Origin: Proteromonas lacertae
Lineage: Eukaryota
Direction of reading: 5' to 3'
Length of the DNA stretch: 64,000 nt
Assembly: GCA_002245135.1 (NCBI GenBank)
Contig: NGBS01001175.1
Coordinates: forward strand, 1-64,000
Position numbers and translations under genes: made by a program. This document shows positions 1-11,145 of the stretch, piece by piece; the first letter of the stretch is position 1, and each line of letters starts with the position of its first letter. The notes below the pieces were generated by a model. It was not told the DNA's origin. It was given only the letters and a program-made list of their open reading frames with translations, and did no database searches.

Positions 1-1804
1 CATCATATACCCAATCTGTTTCAGAATCAGTATCATTATTATTATCTACTGATGTAACAGGTTCATTTGGAGCTTCTGAATCTACTGGTGTAACAGGTTC
101 AGTTGGGGCTTCTGAATCTACATCATCATTATTTTGAAATATTGATGAATAAGGTACTTGTCTTGTAGTACCATCTAATCTAAAATGATTAACTGTATCT
201 GGTGGAGCAGTCGGATGTGATGGTGGTGTTATTGGTGAATATACCGGTGATACCTCTCTTGGTATTTCATTATTATTACTATAATCACTTGAAACTAAAG
301 GTGGTGGTATTGGTAAATCATTTTCATCATAATTAAGTCTATATGTATCATCATCAATATCATCTTGTACTGATTGAGCTTGTTGTTGTTGTGGTGGTGG
401 TGGTGTGATGATGGTTGAGGTTGAGAGTGTTGTTGTTGTTGTGGAACAAGGTTGTTGTACCACATTATTTCTAAATTTACATTTACATTACCTCTATTAG
501 GATTTAACTTGATATTTCCATTATAATCTGCTGATAAAGCTTCTTCAACAGGTAATAATGGTGGAAAAGAACTGATATATTTTTCTTTTGTGCTAATCTA
601 TTCATATAAAACATAATTGCATCAGCATAATGATTTGTATCTCTTTGTCCTTCTTTTATATTATTTGATTCAAGTATTTTTTGAATTGTTGCTATGTAAT
701 TCATTCTATATCCATTAGAAGCAGATGATGGTAAACCCATTATATTTCTTTTGTCATAATCAGGAGGTTCAGGATATACATTACCATCTCTTAAACTAGG
801 TATTTTATACTTACTAATAAAAAATAATTCTGTAACACAATTATATATCAATACAGCTATAGAGAATGCTGTTCTTTCTTGTTGTGCAGTTATATACCAA
901 AATTTCGTTTTCATTAACTTATTAATAAATATTCTTATCTTATTAATTGTTACAGAACAATACACTTGAATCGTTTGTGAATGAATTGATCTATCTATTA
1001 AAGGTTGATTTTCATAAGGATCATCAGGTAAATCATCATCATCTTCCTCATCATCATTATTACTATCTTCATTATTATTTTGTTGTTGTTGTGAATGTGG
1101 TTGAATTGATTGATTCATAATCGTTATTATCATATATATCTTTATCATCTTCTTCATTAAAAGGTTGTGTATGATCTTTTGTTTCTTTTTGTATTTTTCT
1201 AATTCTTTTATTTTCTAATTTAACAACATTCAATCTTTCTTTAGGATGAAGCACAACAAATGGATTATTTCTTAATATATAATTAGAAGCAATACATAAT
1301 TCATCAATAGCTTTATTTAATCTATCAACAATTATTTTAACATCATTGTTTGTTTCATAGCTATATTGATATAATGATTTATTTCTTGAAAACGGTCCAT
1401 GTTGATATAACGATTTACACCAGTTAAATAACTTCATATGTACATCATATAAATTATAGATTCTATTAAACTCATGATCAGGCCATCCTACTGGTATAAG
1501 TCTCTATCAATTATTTCATCTAATCTAATCTTGGTTAACTTTTTTGCATTATCATATATAATATCTTCATAATCTTCATTACTAAGATGTTCATCATTGC
1601 CTACAATACTTATATTATCAGAATCAGTATTTTCTTCTGTTTCATCATCATCATCATCATTATTAGCATTAACAGAATTATTACTATTATTAATACCATT
1701 ATTACTAGAATTGCTACGACTGTTATTATTTGAGTTATCTACTGCTGTACCTTCATCATCATCAAATTTAATAAATCTCTACGTATTCTATTACGATTGT
1801 TCAT
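1..1804 (-). pseudogene. Large low-complexity (N/D/P/Q-rich) intronless ORF of the viral element, broken by several frameshifts and running off the window's left edge
   Basis: From ATG 1804 (MNNRNRIRRDLL...), single-base shifts join the frames into ORFs 1075-1437 and 504-1157 and a Pro/Asp-rich frame reaching position 1. No recognisable domain. Confidence 0.5.
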
Positions 1805-1856
1805 TATGTGAGAAAAAATCAATTAACTTTTTATTTGAATAATTCTTATACATATA

Positions 1857-2822
1857 ATGCAACCTAAGAGTGATACTAATAATTAGGTCATAGAAGAGCA
1901 ATTTTTTTATCATCAACTGATATTATTGAAAGAGAGTCAGATGTATATACAAAGTGTTTATCAACACCTGTTATAACTGAAGAATATCAGTATATTACGT
2001 TAAACATAGGCAAGAATATCAAACAATAACATATACACTATTCAAAATGATGTTAATGAAAAGTATGTTTTGATATAGAATATTTTCATGTAAATGATCC
2101 TATAAACCCTTAAATGATCCAAGCGTAATATTAAGCGGACCAAAATTAAATACATTAGAGATAAAGATACCACAAATCATTATAGTGGTGAAGAGTTTTT
2201 AAATTATTTAACAAAGAGTATGTTAACTGAATTAAAATTTACTACACTAGTACGTAAAGATATTTTACCTGTAAAAGAAAAAGATGAAGATGAAAGTTTT
2301 AATTATTTCTTACATCCTCAAGCTGGAGATAAGATATTTGACTGGTATGATAAGACTACGAATAGATTAAAATTATATTGTGCAATATATACTCACTTTG
2401 GTAATTATATACTAACAAAAATAAAAATGCGAATGCCTAACCTATTTGGTAGGTTATTAGGTAGTAATGTAATAGATGACGAATTAATTATATTAGATAG
2501 TAATCCATCGCATAGTTGGGGTACAAAAGAACAATACTATGATCATAAATTTTTATTAACACCATCACTTATATGGTGTAATGTAATACAAGTTAGATGT
2601 AGTTGGGTTAATAATGGTGAGAATTCAGCTGTTTTAGCAAACATACCTATAACTGATATATCAAACACAAATATAACATGGGTTAATCCACAAATAGATT
2701 GGTCAACTAAAAAGATGCAATTTCATGATTATCAAAAAATAAAGTTCAATCTATCAAATGAAGATGGTTATGCTATAGATTTAACTAATATATCATTTCA
2801 ATTTGAGATAATAGTTTATTAA
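1857..2822 (+). CDS. Minor capsid (penton-like, single jelly-roll) protein; the N-terminal part (1857-~2120) is frameshifted and ORF 2220-2822 is intact
   Basis: The C-terminus VIQVRCSWV...VLANIPI...IKFNLSNEDGYAIDL..ISFQFEI fits the Polinton/PLV penton pattern. Upstream frames reconstruct to ...RAIFLSSTD...LNIARISNNNIYTI...HYSGEEFLNYL, and the last part is in frame with 2220. Confidence 0.75.
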
Positions 2823-2884
2823 ATACTTATATAATTTTTAATTTTTGATTGTATTACCATTTTTCTTACCAAAATTAAATATAT

Positions 2885-4414
2885 ATGAATAATATAACAA
2901 CTGTACCACAATCTCAAATTCATAACAGTGTTGTACCAACATTAATACCTGATTATGTCTACATTCCTATTACACCTAACCAAACAAGAGATGTAGTTGT
3001 TTTAAGTCAAACATCATCAACTGATACAATAACTTTTGAATTATCACCAGATAGTTGTATGAATTTATCAAAATCTTATCTCGATTTTGATTTAATAATC
3101 GATCCTCATATAGTATCTGCAAATCCTGGTAATCCTGCTGCAGCTGGTAATGCATATACTATAGCAGGACGAGCAGCAGCAGCATTACCAGGTCCTGCAG
3201 TAGGTGAAACTCATGCTTTAAGATTAAGAAACACAATGAATTTTAATTCAATTAAAGTATACAACAAAACAGGAACAGTATTATGCGATTTAGATAACAG
3301 CTATAATGAATATAGAGACTTAATGCATGAATTATCTTATCATTGTCCAGATGATGTGAAAGGTATTAAATATTATGATGATACATTTGATGGATGTCAT
3401 GTAGCAAAAGATAAAGCAAATGGTCAATATGAAGTAATAGATCCATTATTATTACATTATACTCCTGGTAATAGAACAAGATCTAGATGTGGTCTTAAAG
3501 AAGAACATTATATGGAAGTGATAGATCCTGTAGGAGGTGCACCAATGGTTGATATAAGAATAAAAAGGCATTGCCGATTTCATTTTGCTGATTTATTTAA
3601 TACAATTTTATCATGCAAAAGTGATATTTATTTTGGTGAAACAATTTATATTTCAATAACATTTGCAGGAATTAATTCATGGATATTATATAAGCATAAA
3701 TTAATTGCACAAACAGCTGAGGCTGATCATGATGGAGAAAGCTATTATGATGAATGGACAAGATTTATTGAAATGAATATAATAAATCCAAAATTATATG
3801 TTGCATATAATAAAAGTCCACAATGTAATGCAAATACAATTAATTATGTTACTCATCATGGTATAGATTTTACTGATTTCAATATAGTTCAGTTAGTAAA
3901 AGATACTATTACAGGTGATCCTAATTTTAGCTATAATTTTACTATTAATAGTAGTTTAGGTCCTTATGTGAAATATATATTATATAGAGTTTATATGAAT
4001 AATGTTGCAACTAGAACACCTTTACCTTTTAAGTTTGCTGATGATAGAGTTAAATGGCAAATAAATGATACACCATGTACACCAGATTATTTAAATATAA
4101 CTAAATATGAAACATTTGAAAAATTATATCCTATAATTAGAGGAACATATTTTGAGAGATGTCATCAAGAAATTGATTGGTATGAAAGATTTTTTGATAT
4201 ATTAAATTTCGGAAGTGATTCATTAACTGATATAAAATCAAGAGCAGGTAGAGATTTAAGTAAAGATTTAAAAATTACTTTTGAAGCAAGAAATCATGTT
4301 TTTGATACAAATAATACTGCTCATCATGCAGTAATGACATATCATCACAAGTTCTACATTATAACAGGTAAGATGTTAATCATCTCAGCTAGAGGAGTAG
4401 AGAAGGTGATTTAA
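2885..4414 (+). CDS. Major capsid protein (double jelly-roll), Polinton-like virus type, 509 aa
   Basis: Motifs ITFELSPDSCMNLSKSYLDFDL, FNSIKVYNKTGTVLCDLDNSYN and FADLFNTILSCKSDIYFGETIYISITFA resemble PLV MCPs. Size and position between penton and ATPase fit; intronless. Confidence 0.8.
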   Translation: MNNITTVPQSQIHNSVVPTLIPDYVYIPITPNQTRDVVVLSQTSSTDTITFELSPDSCMNLSKSYLDFDLIIDPHIVSANPGNPAAAGNAYTIAGRAAAALPGPAVGETHALRLRNTMNFNSIKVYNKTGTVLCDLDNSYNEYRDLMHELSYHCPDDVKGIKYYDDTFDGCHVAKDKANGQYEVIDPLLLHYTPGNRTRSRCGLKEEHYMEVIDPVGGAPMVDIRIKRHCRFHFADLFNTILSCKSDIYFGETIYISITFAGINSWILYKHKLIAQTAEADHDGESYYDEWTRFIEMNIINPKLYVAYNKSPQCNANTINYVTHHGIDFTDFNIVQLVKDTITGDPNFSYNFTINSSLGPYVKYILYRVYMNNVATRTPLPFKFADDRVKWQINDTPCTPDYLNITKYETFEKLYPIIRGTYFERCHQEIDWYERFFDILNFGSDSLTDIKSRAGRDLSKDLKITFEARNHVFDTNNTAHHAVMTYHHKFYIITGKMLIISARGVEKVI

Positions 4415-4467
4415 AAATTATGATTTTAATTACAATTTAATATTTCTATTGCTATTATTACTTTATT

Positions 4468-5229
4468 ATGTTTAAGTTTGAAAAAATAAATAACATAAGG
4501 GTTGAACCTGTAGATGGTGGTGAAAAATTCAATCCTAAGAAGATAGTTGGTTATGATTATTTCAATGAGCCATTTTGTAACATTTTTATAGTTGCTCGTA
4601 AAAATAGTGGTAAGACTACTCTCATCTATAATATATTAAGACATGTTTTGGATCCAAGATATAAAGAAAAACAACATGTTCACTTCTTTGTGGGAACTAT
4701 CAAACAAGACAAGTTATATGATTCAATCAAAGAATTACTCGATTATCACGAAATTGATTATGATGAAAATGATTCACTCATTGATCCAGAGTCAGGTGAG
4801 AATGTGGTAGAGAGAATGATGAAAGAAATAAATGATGTTGATAAAGATAATTATTCTTATGCTGAGCATATTATGATCTTTGATGATCTTAGTTTAGAAT
4901 TAAAAACATCAACAATAATACCTGTACTGATGAAAGAAAATAGACATTTAAAATCAAAAATTATTATTAGTAGTCAATATATAACAGATATAGTACCAGC
5001 AGCTAGATCACAAGTTGATTATTGTCTTACATTTTATGGGTTAAGTAATAGAAATCTATTTGATTTATACAACTCATTAAATATATGGATCCCTGAGTAT
5101 GAAACATTTAAAAAATTATATCTTGCAGTCACTAAACCACAATTCAATTTTTTATATATTGATAATGTTAAAAAAGTCTTTAGAGCAAATTTTAATATTA
5201 TGATTGAAGATCATTCTGAAGTTTCTTAA
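4468..5229 (+). CDS. A32-like (FtsK/HerA superfamily) genome packaging ATPase, 253 aa
   Basis: Walker A ARKNSGKT, Walker B IMIFDD, NRH arginine motif, IIISSQ sensor and ARSQVDY segment typical of Polinton/NCLDV packaging ATPases. Confidence 0.9.
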   Translation: MFKFEKINNIRVEPVDGGEKFNPKKIVGYDYFNEPFCNIFIVARKNSGKTTLIYNILRHVLDPRYKEKQHVHFFVGTIKQDKLYDSIKELLDYHEIDYDENDSLIDPESGENVVERMMKEINDVDKDNYSYAEHIMIFDDLSLELKTSTIIPVLMKENRHLKSKIIISSQYITDIVPAARSQVDYCLTFYGLSNRNLFDLYNSLNIWIPEYETFKKLYLAVTKPQFNFLYIDNVKKVFRANFNIMIEDHSEVS

Positions 5230-5284
5230 ATAATATTTTTATAAATATATATATATATATATATATATTCATTAATAAAAAATA

Positions 5285-5956
5285 ATGTTTATTGGGGATA
5301 GAAATAAAGTTGATGTATTAGATGAAGATAAATTAATAGATGATATTACAAATAATATTACAGATAAATTAGATGAAGTGAAAGATCAAATTCTAACAGT
5401 ATGTAATACAATAAATAGTGTAGTAAATAATATACCTCGTACTATAATACCAAGACCTTATTGTTTGCATAAACAACATACATTTTATTCTATGAAAAGA
5501 AAATATTTAGTTAATGGATCACCTGTATGGGATACTAAAATTACTAAAATACCAATCAAAATAGAGATGTTTGAGCATTTTATGAAGATTAAATTATATG
5601 ATGGTTTTACATGTAATTATAGTGGATATATAGGTCATCAATTATATTTAGATGAAGATGATATCATCAAAGCTGAACCTGGTAGAGATGAATATTTACA
5701 ACGTTATTATAATATACTACTAGGATTATACTCTAATAAATTATTCCCCATTAGAGCAACAAATGTTAAAGATACTTATCATACATTAACTAATAGACCT
5801 TATTATGAGATAAAACATACATTAGTTAATAATAATAATAATCAACCTACATTATGTATTGTAGCTGATCAATACCCTAATCAAGAATATCTTGCAATAC
5901 CAAGACAGACATTCTTCACAGATTATATGAACACAGGTATTACAGAATTCTTTTAA
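5285..5956 (+). CDS. Viral protein, putative short fiber/spike (MFIGDRN family, copy 1), 223 aa
   Basis: Starts MFIGDRN like the next ORF. Short helical segment then a beta-rich domain sharing PxPY, IPIK, IK[L/I]Y, YLD and FP motifs with copy 2. Function inferred. Confidence 0.5.
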   Translation: MFIGDRNKVDVLDEDKLIDDITNNITDKLDEVKDQILTVCNTINSVVNNIPRTIIPRPYCLHKQHTFYSMKRKYLVNGSPVWDTKITKIPIKIEMFEHFMKIKLYDGFTCNYSGYIGHQLYLDEDDIIKAEPGRDEYLQRYYNILLGLYSNKLFPIRATNVKDTYHTLTNRPYYEIKHTLVNNNNNQPTLCIVADQYPNQEYLAIPRQTFFTDYMNTGITEFF

Positions 5957-6056
5957 TATAATAATAATAATAATAATAATAATACGTATATATAAATCAG
6001 TTTTAAATTTCTTGATGAATTTAATAGATTTTATATTTTTTATAATATATAAAATT

Positions 6057-6941
6057 ATGTTTATTGGTGATAGAAATAATAATACATTAGATATTGATAC
6101 AAAAGAGATTGCAAGTGAGATATCAAAAAATGTTAGTGTTAATATAGATATTCAAACATTATCAGATTCTATATCACAAAAGATTCAAATACCAACACCT
6201 AATATAACTGTAGATAGTAATAGTATATCAACCTATATAAATCAACCAATAAATGATAATACTGATACTAAAACAAAAGCAATAAAAGATGAAGTAGATC
6301 AAATTTATAATGAAGTTGATACAATAAGAAATATTGAAAGAGTTGTAGGTTGTAATGATTATAATACTGATGAAGAATTATATATGACTCAAGGTTTTGG
6401 TAAATATGATTCAATTTATAATCATCTTAAATTAATAAATATATATAACCCACAACCTTATAGTATTCAAATTACTACATGGACTGTAAAAGTTACTAGA
6501 ACAGATAATACATCATCAATTATAGATCAGATACCTATTAAAGTTACAATATTCATGAATTCTATAAGAATCAAAATTTATAATACACATCAATTAATTT
6601 ATAATGATAGATCAGATATAAAACAAATTGATATTTATCTAGATGATAATCATTTATTATCAAAATTATATAGTAATCAATCTGTATTAACTGATTTTTA
6701 TAATAAGCTTATTGAAAAATACCCTAATGATGGTAGTAATTGTATAGTATTCCCATTACAAGTTTATAATAATTCTCAATACCCATCAGAATACATACCA
6801 ACACATTTTATATTAATAAATGATAATAAACCTAATCTACATTTACAAAGTGATAGTATTGAAGGTTATCAAAAACAATGTATATTACCTGGTGTTATTG
6901 AAACTATGTATATTGATTACAGTATTATCAATCCTTTATAA
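6057..6941 (+). CDS. Viral protein, putative long fiber/spike (MFIGDRN family, copy 2), 294 aa
   Basis: Start placed at ATG 6057 (MFIGDRN) by identity with copy 1. Longer N-terminal stalk and a paralogous C-terminal domain. Confidence 0.5.
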   Translation: MFIGDRNNNTLDIDTKEIASEISKNVSVNIDIQTLSDSISQKIQIPTPNITVDSNSISTYINQPINDNTDTKTKAIKDEVDQIYNEVDTIRNIERVVGCNDYNTDEELYMTQGFGKYDSIYNHLKLINIYNPQPYSIQITTWTVKVTRTDNTSSIIDQIPIKVTIFMNSIRIKIYNTHQLIYNDRSDIKQIDIYLDDNHLLSKLYSNQSVLTDFYNKLIEKYPNDGSNCIVFPLQVYNNSQYPSEYIPTHFILINDNKPNLHLQSDSIEGYQKQCILPGVIETMYIDYSIINPL

Positions 6942-7303
6942 TATACTATTTATTACATCATCAATATCTTTTAGTATAATTTTAGTATATTTTTAGTGAA
7001 TTATAAACACCTTTTATTAATTTTAGTGAAATCCCACCATGTATTATAAAATATTTATCCCATCATCCTTTATATCCCTACCAGTAAAACCAGTAGAACT
7101 TAGAATAACATAGCTTGTAGCGACCTGTTCTACCCCTGCCGTGGCTACTGTAGAGAAAGACTATAGATCAATATTTTACTATTAATCCATCAGTAATTAA
7201 TATTTCAAATTTTTTAATTTGTTTCCTCAATATTTTAAACATTTTGGATATTTTGGGTATAGGAACACTAAATATCCTGTTTATTCATATCCTCTATAAT
7301 ATA

Positions 7304-9305
7304 TAATACCAGATGTAAAACTACCTAAAGTTGTAGATGTGTTTAATAAAATAACAACTGTAAAACATTTTAATGTTCCAACAAATATGGAACGAGTAGG
7401 AGGTATTGTATAATGCAAAATTATTAAAACTGGACTTTTTGCAGGAAAAGCTGATATATTATCAGTTAAACATAATAGAACCGAAGATACTGTTATTGCA
7501 AGAATTAAATATATGTTTGATGTAGATGAAAAGCCTGCTATAATAGAACTTAATACCACTCCAGAAGCAACAACATCTGCTGAAGAATCTATATCTACTA
7601 CTACTAGTGAAACTGAATCCACATCTACAATTCTAACAGAAACAACAACAGCAAATAGACTTCGTGCTGTTTTAAGAGAAGCAGAAACATCATCAACAGA
7701 TACAACAGCATCAACAGAAACTACTGCAACTGAGAGTACAGCTACTACAACAGGATCAACTGATACAACAGCTTCCACTGAAACAACAGAAACTGCGTCA
7801 GCAGCAACTACAGTTGAAGAAACGACAACACCAACTTCAACTCCAGAACCAACAACAACTGCTCCTCCTCCACCACCTCCAACTGTTGAAAGATTTAATG
7901 TACCAGATTTGGAATATAGTGCAATACAACTAAGAAACGATTTAACAACATACATTCCTCAATATGTTCATGTAAACCATAATGTTACAATACCAGCTGA
8001 TGGTAACTACTCTGCAAGTACTTGGGGAGATATGAAGGAAGTACAGTGAGATTAGTGGATGAAGCATCTACTCCAGAACCTACTTTCAAGTATGAAGATA
8101 AGAATGTTACATTTTATTGTAACGAAATAGGTGAAAAAGGAAAGCCTGTAGTTAAACCATATGAAACATATGTCTATACTAAAGGTAATGATATATATTT
8201 TGTATTTAAAGATCAAAAAAACTTACCAAATGATGATGCTAATTGCTATTTAGCTGCTAATCCAAATGGGGACAAATTAGAAATATCAAAATTTGATATT
8301 GCCACAACATTAAAATGTAATAGTAACAATGTATGTAGAGGTTTCACTATTCCAGATCCTAAAGATCCAGAGTTAATTACTGTAAGTGATAATGAAGATG
8401 GAAGTTATACACTTCGAGCAACTGCTAAGACAATTGGTGAAAAAGCAATGCAAGCAATGTTATCTGCATATACTCAAAATGATAATAAATATGTGTTTAT
8501 ACCTATTTCACAAGATGATGATTATTATGGAAATATATTAATGAAGTTAACAGAAGGTGTGAAATTATCAGTTACTATATTCAATGATGGTAAAATTATT
8601 AATACTGTTCCTGCTGTAGTTAGTTCAGTTATTGGTGAAATATTGAATTTACCACATTATATTGTTAATGGAACAGATAATATAACTGCAACTGCTGAAC
8701 CAACAACTACAACAGCAAAACCTAGTAGGCGTATTTTAGTTGAATCATTTGAATCAAATACAATAAATTTACCAACTGTTTATACTTCAGTTCCATTTAC
8801 TCCTTTAGTAGGTTATGAAGACAAAGTAGGTTATACAACAGCTTCAATATCAATTGATTTAACTGAAAGTGATTCAAGAAAAACAATGGAATGTAGTGGT
8901 CAAGGATTATGTAATAGAGAAACAGGTCAATGTGAATGTTATGCTGGTTATGATGGAGATGCTTGTCAAAGATTGAGCTGTCCTAATGACTGTAGTAATC
9001 ATGGTCGATGTGTGAAAGTATATGAATCATTAGAAAATGCTAATGTGAATTTATATAAAGGATTTGGAAATGATGAATATATTTATAGTTGTATTTGTGA
9101 TGCTGGTCATCGTGGAAGTGATTGTAGTTTATTAGAATGTCCATCATCTGTAGATCCAATGAAAGCAACAAATGATAAAGATGATAAATCATCTGAACAA
9201 AGAGATTGTAGTGGTCGAGGTAATTGTGATTATTCAAGTGGTTTATGTAGTTGTTTTGATGGATTTTATGGTGAAGCTTGTCAAAATGCTAATACTTATG
9301 CTTAA
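7304..9305 (+). pseudogene. 5'-truncated mastigoneme-like (Ocm1/Sig1-type) EGF-repeat, Thr-rich surface protein gene
   Basis: C-terminal MECSGQGLCNRETGQCECYAGYDGDACQRLSCPNDCSNHGRC...RDCSGRGNCDYSSGLCSCF. Paralogous to 51096-53586 but lacks the signal peptide and first EGF; in-frame TAA at 7411-7413 and a frameshift near 8040. Confidence 0.75.
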
Positions 9306-9404
9306 ACACTTATAATGAATGAAATGAAATGAATCAAGATTTCTTTATTATATATTATATTATATTATATCTAAAATTGTTTGTATGAGAGTTATTATTC
9401 TTAA

Positions 9405-11039
9405 TTAAGAATCATCCTTTGAAATACTACTTCTAAATTTCTTTTTTATTACTCTATATGCTTTTGTACTATAATCATATTCAAAATAGTATTTATTCAA
9501 TATTTTCACTCCATTTTCTTCACTTTCTTCTTGTTTTAATAAAAATCTTGAATATCTCTCAATTGCTATAAATAAATAATATATTTTATATAATATATTA
9601 AATACGATTACTATTATTGAAAATACTCGATATTTCTTTAGAATAATCTTTAGTCAATGGTTGACCTACATAATTAGATATTGCTTGATATAGAGTAGAA
9701 TAACCAACTTCATTTCGTTTATACTTCTTATATGCTTTTTTACTCATTATTGATACTTGTTTCTCTATTGTATTGGTTAAATCTCCATTTGTTACTGGTT
9801 GTAATTGATTTATTACTGATGTTGAAAAACTACGATGAGATTCTTTATTACTTTTAAAACTTCTAATTGATGGAGTTCGATGTGGTGTTAAATATGAATT
9901 ATTATTATTATTATTATTATTATTATTTTGTAAAGACATCATTGATTTTGTTTCTCTTTTTATTGTATTACCAATTAATGGACTCGATGAAGGAATTGCT
10001 TGTGGTTGTTGTAATTGTGATGGTTGTTGTTGTTGGATTTGTTGTTGGAATTGTTGTTGTTGTTTTGTAAATTCATCTTGTCGATTCTCTAATAATGGTT
10101 TATATTTGGTTTCTAATTCTTTATCCACATTTATTACTCTTTCTGATTTACAGATTTCTTTATCTTTTTTGGTATTTACATCAGCTTCTAATCCTTTCAC
10201 TTCTATTTTTTGATGTTTTACTATTTGAATAAAATAGAAATAATTATAAACATATATCCTCAAATGAGAAAGTATTATTATTATTATCACTTATTATCAC
10301 TTATTATATTCAATATATATAACCAAAATAATATGTGTATATTATATTGAATATAATAAAAGTAAAAATAAATATCAAAATAATTAAATACAAAAAATAG
10401 CCTCTTTTCATCGGATTTATATAAATATATTTATTTATACATATTCTAACTGGATATGGATGTGTATCATCTATAACATTATAATCACAGGGAGTAGTAA
10501 CAGGAGTTATTTCATTTGAATTAATTATCTTATTCAATGATAAATTGTGAATATATAAAGGAGAAATATCAATTGATGGAGATAGTTTAGGGAGGTTCAC
10601 TTTTTACTAAGATATTAACAAATTACATGAATTATACAGTTAGGTTTAAATTCATCATTCAACATTGTTGAGAATATTGAGTCTTCATATTCTTTACATT
10701 TTAGATTAGGTTACTTCATCAATATCATAATATGATGATACTGTGGAACTTAGAAATTGTAACCAACCACTATCTTCTTCAGAAAATGCTCTAGATATAA
10801 AATCGATTATTTGGGGTTTACATTCCTCAATTTTGGCTTTCGTTGAAGAAAATATACTCAAAATTACATTTATCTATATACAATATCCACATAATACATC
10901 ATACTTTTTGAAGTAAGTTAAACTTGTGAAAATAATTCAATAAATCATCTAAATCCTGCTTGGATGGAGATGGTTGTACTTTCCATTCATTATTGTATTT
11001 CTTTGAAAGCGGTATGAACTTATTTGGATCAAAATTCAT
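9405..11039 (-). CDS. NELFA: NELF-A (WHSC2)-like protein, spliced; left copy with two apparent +1 indels
   Basis: Mirror copy of 49374-50996; extra bases near 10590 and 10708 relative to the right copy. Confidence 0.55.
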
Positions 11040-11145
11040 CTCAAGCCTTCAAAAATAGTTTGAATCATCCAAAAATAGTTTTGATTAACCCATTCTTTTA
11101 AAAACAAATTTAAATCAGTATTACATTTATATAAACTATAATCTA

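Larger units (their letters stand above)
1..7300. mobile_element. Endogenous Polinton-like virus / Maverick-type element, right-hand part (virion module); the left end lies outside the window and the right end is approximate
   Basis: Compact run of intronless ORFs in an intron-rich genome, with penton-like, double jelly-roll MCP-like and A32/FtsK-type ATPase genes in series. Host gene homology starts abruptly at ~7304. No pPolB, integrase or protease is visible in the window. Confidence 0.85.

Noticed and set aside
2139..2881. Identical 14-mer ACCAAAATTAAATA upstream of ORF 2220 and of the MCP, as a possible viral late promoter
   Set aside because: The first copy lies inside the reconstructed penton coding region (the frame is open through it), and the word is very AT-rich, so it is probably chance.
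5240..5990. (TA)n and (AAT)n tracts between viral ORFs as regulatory hairpins
   Set aside because: Similar microsatellites occur throughout host introns and intergenic DNA here; nothing is specific to the element.
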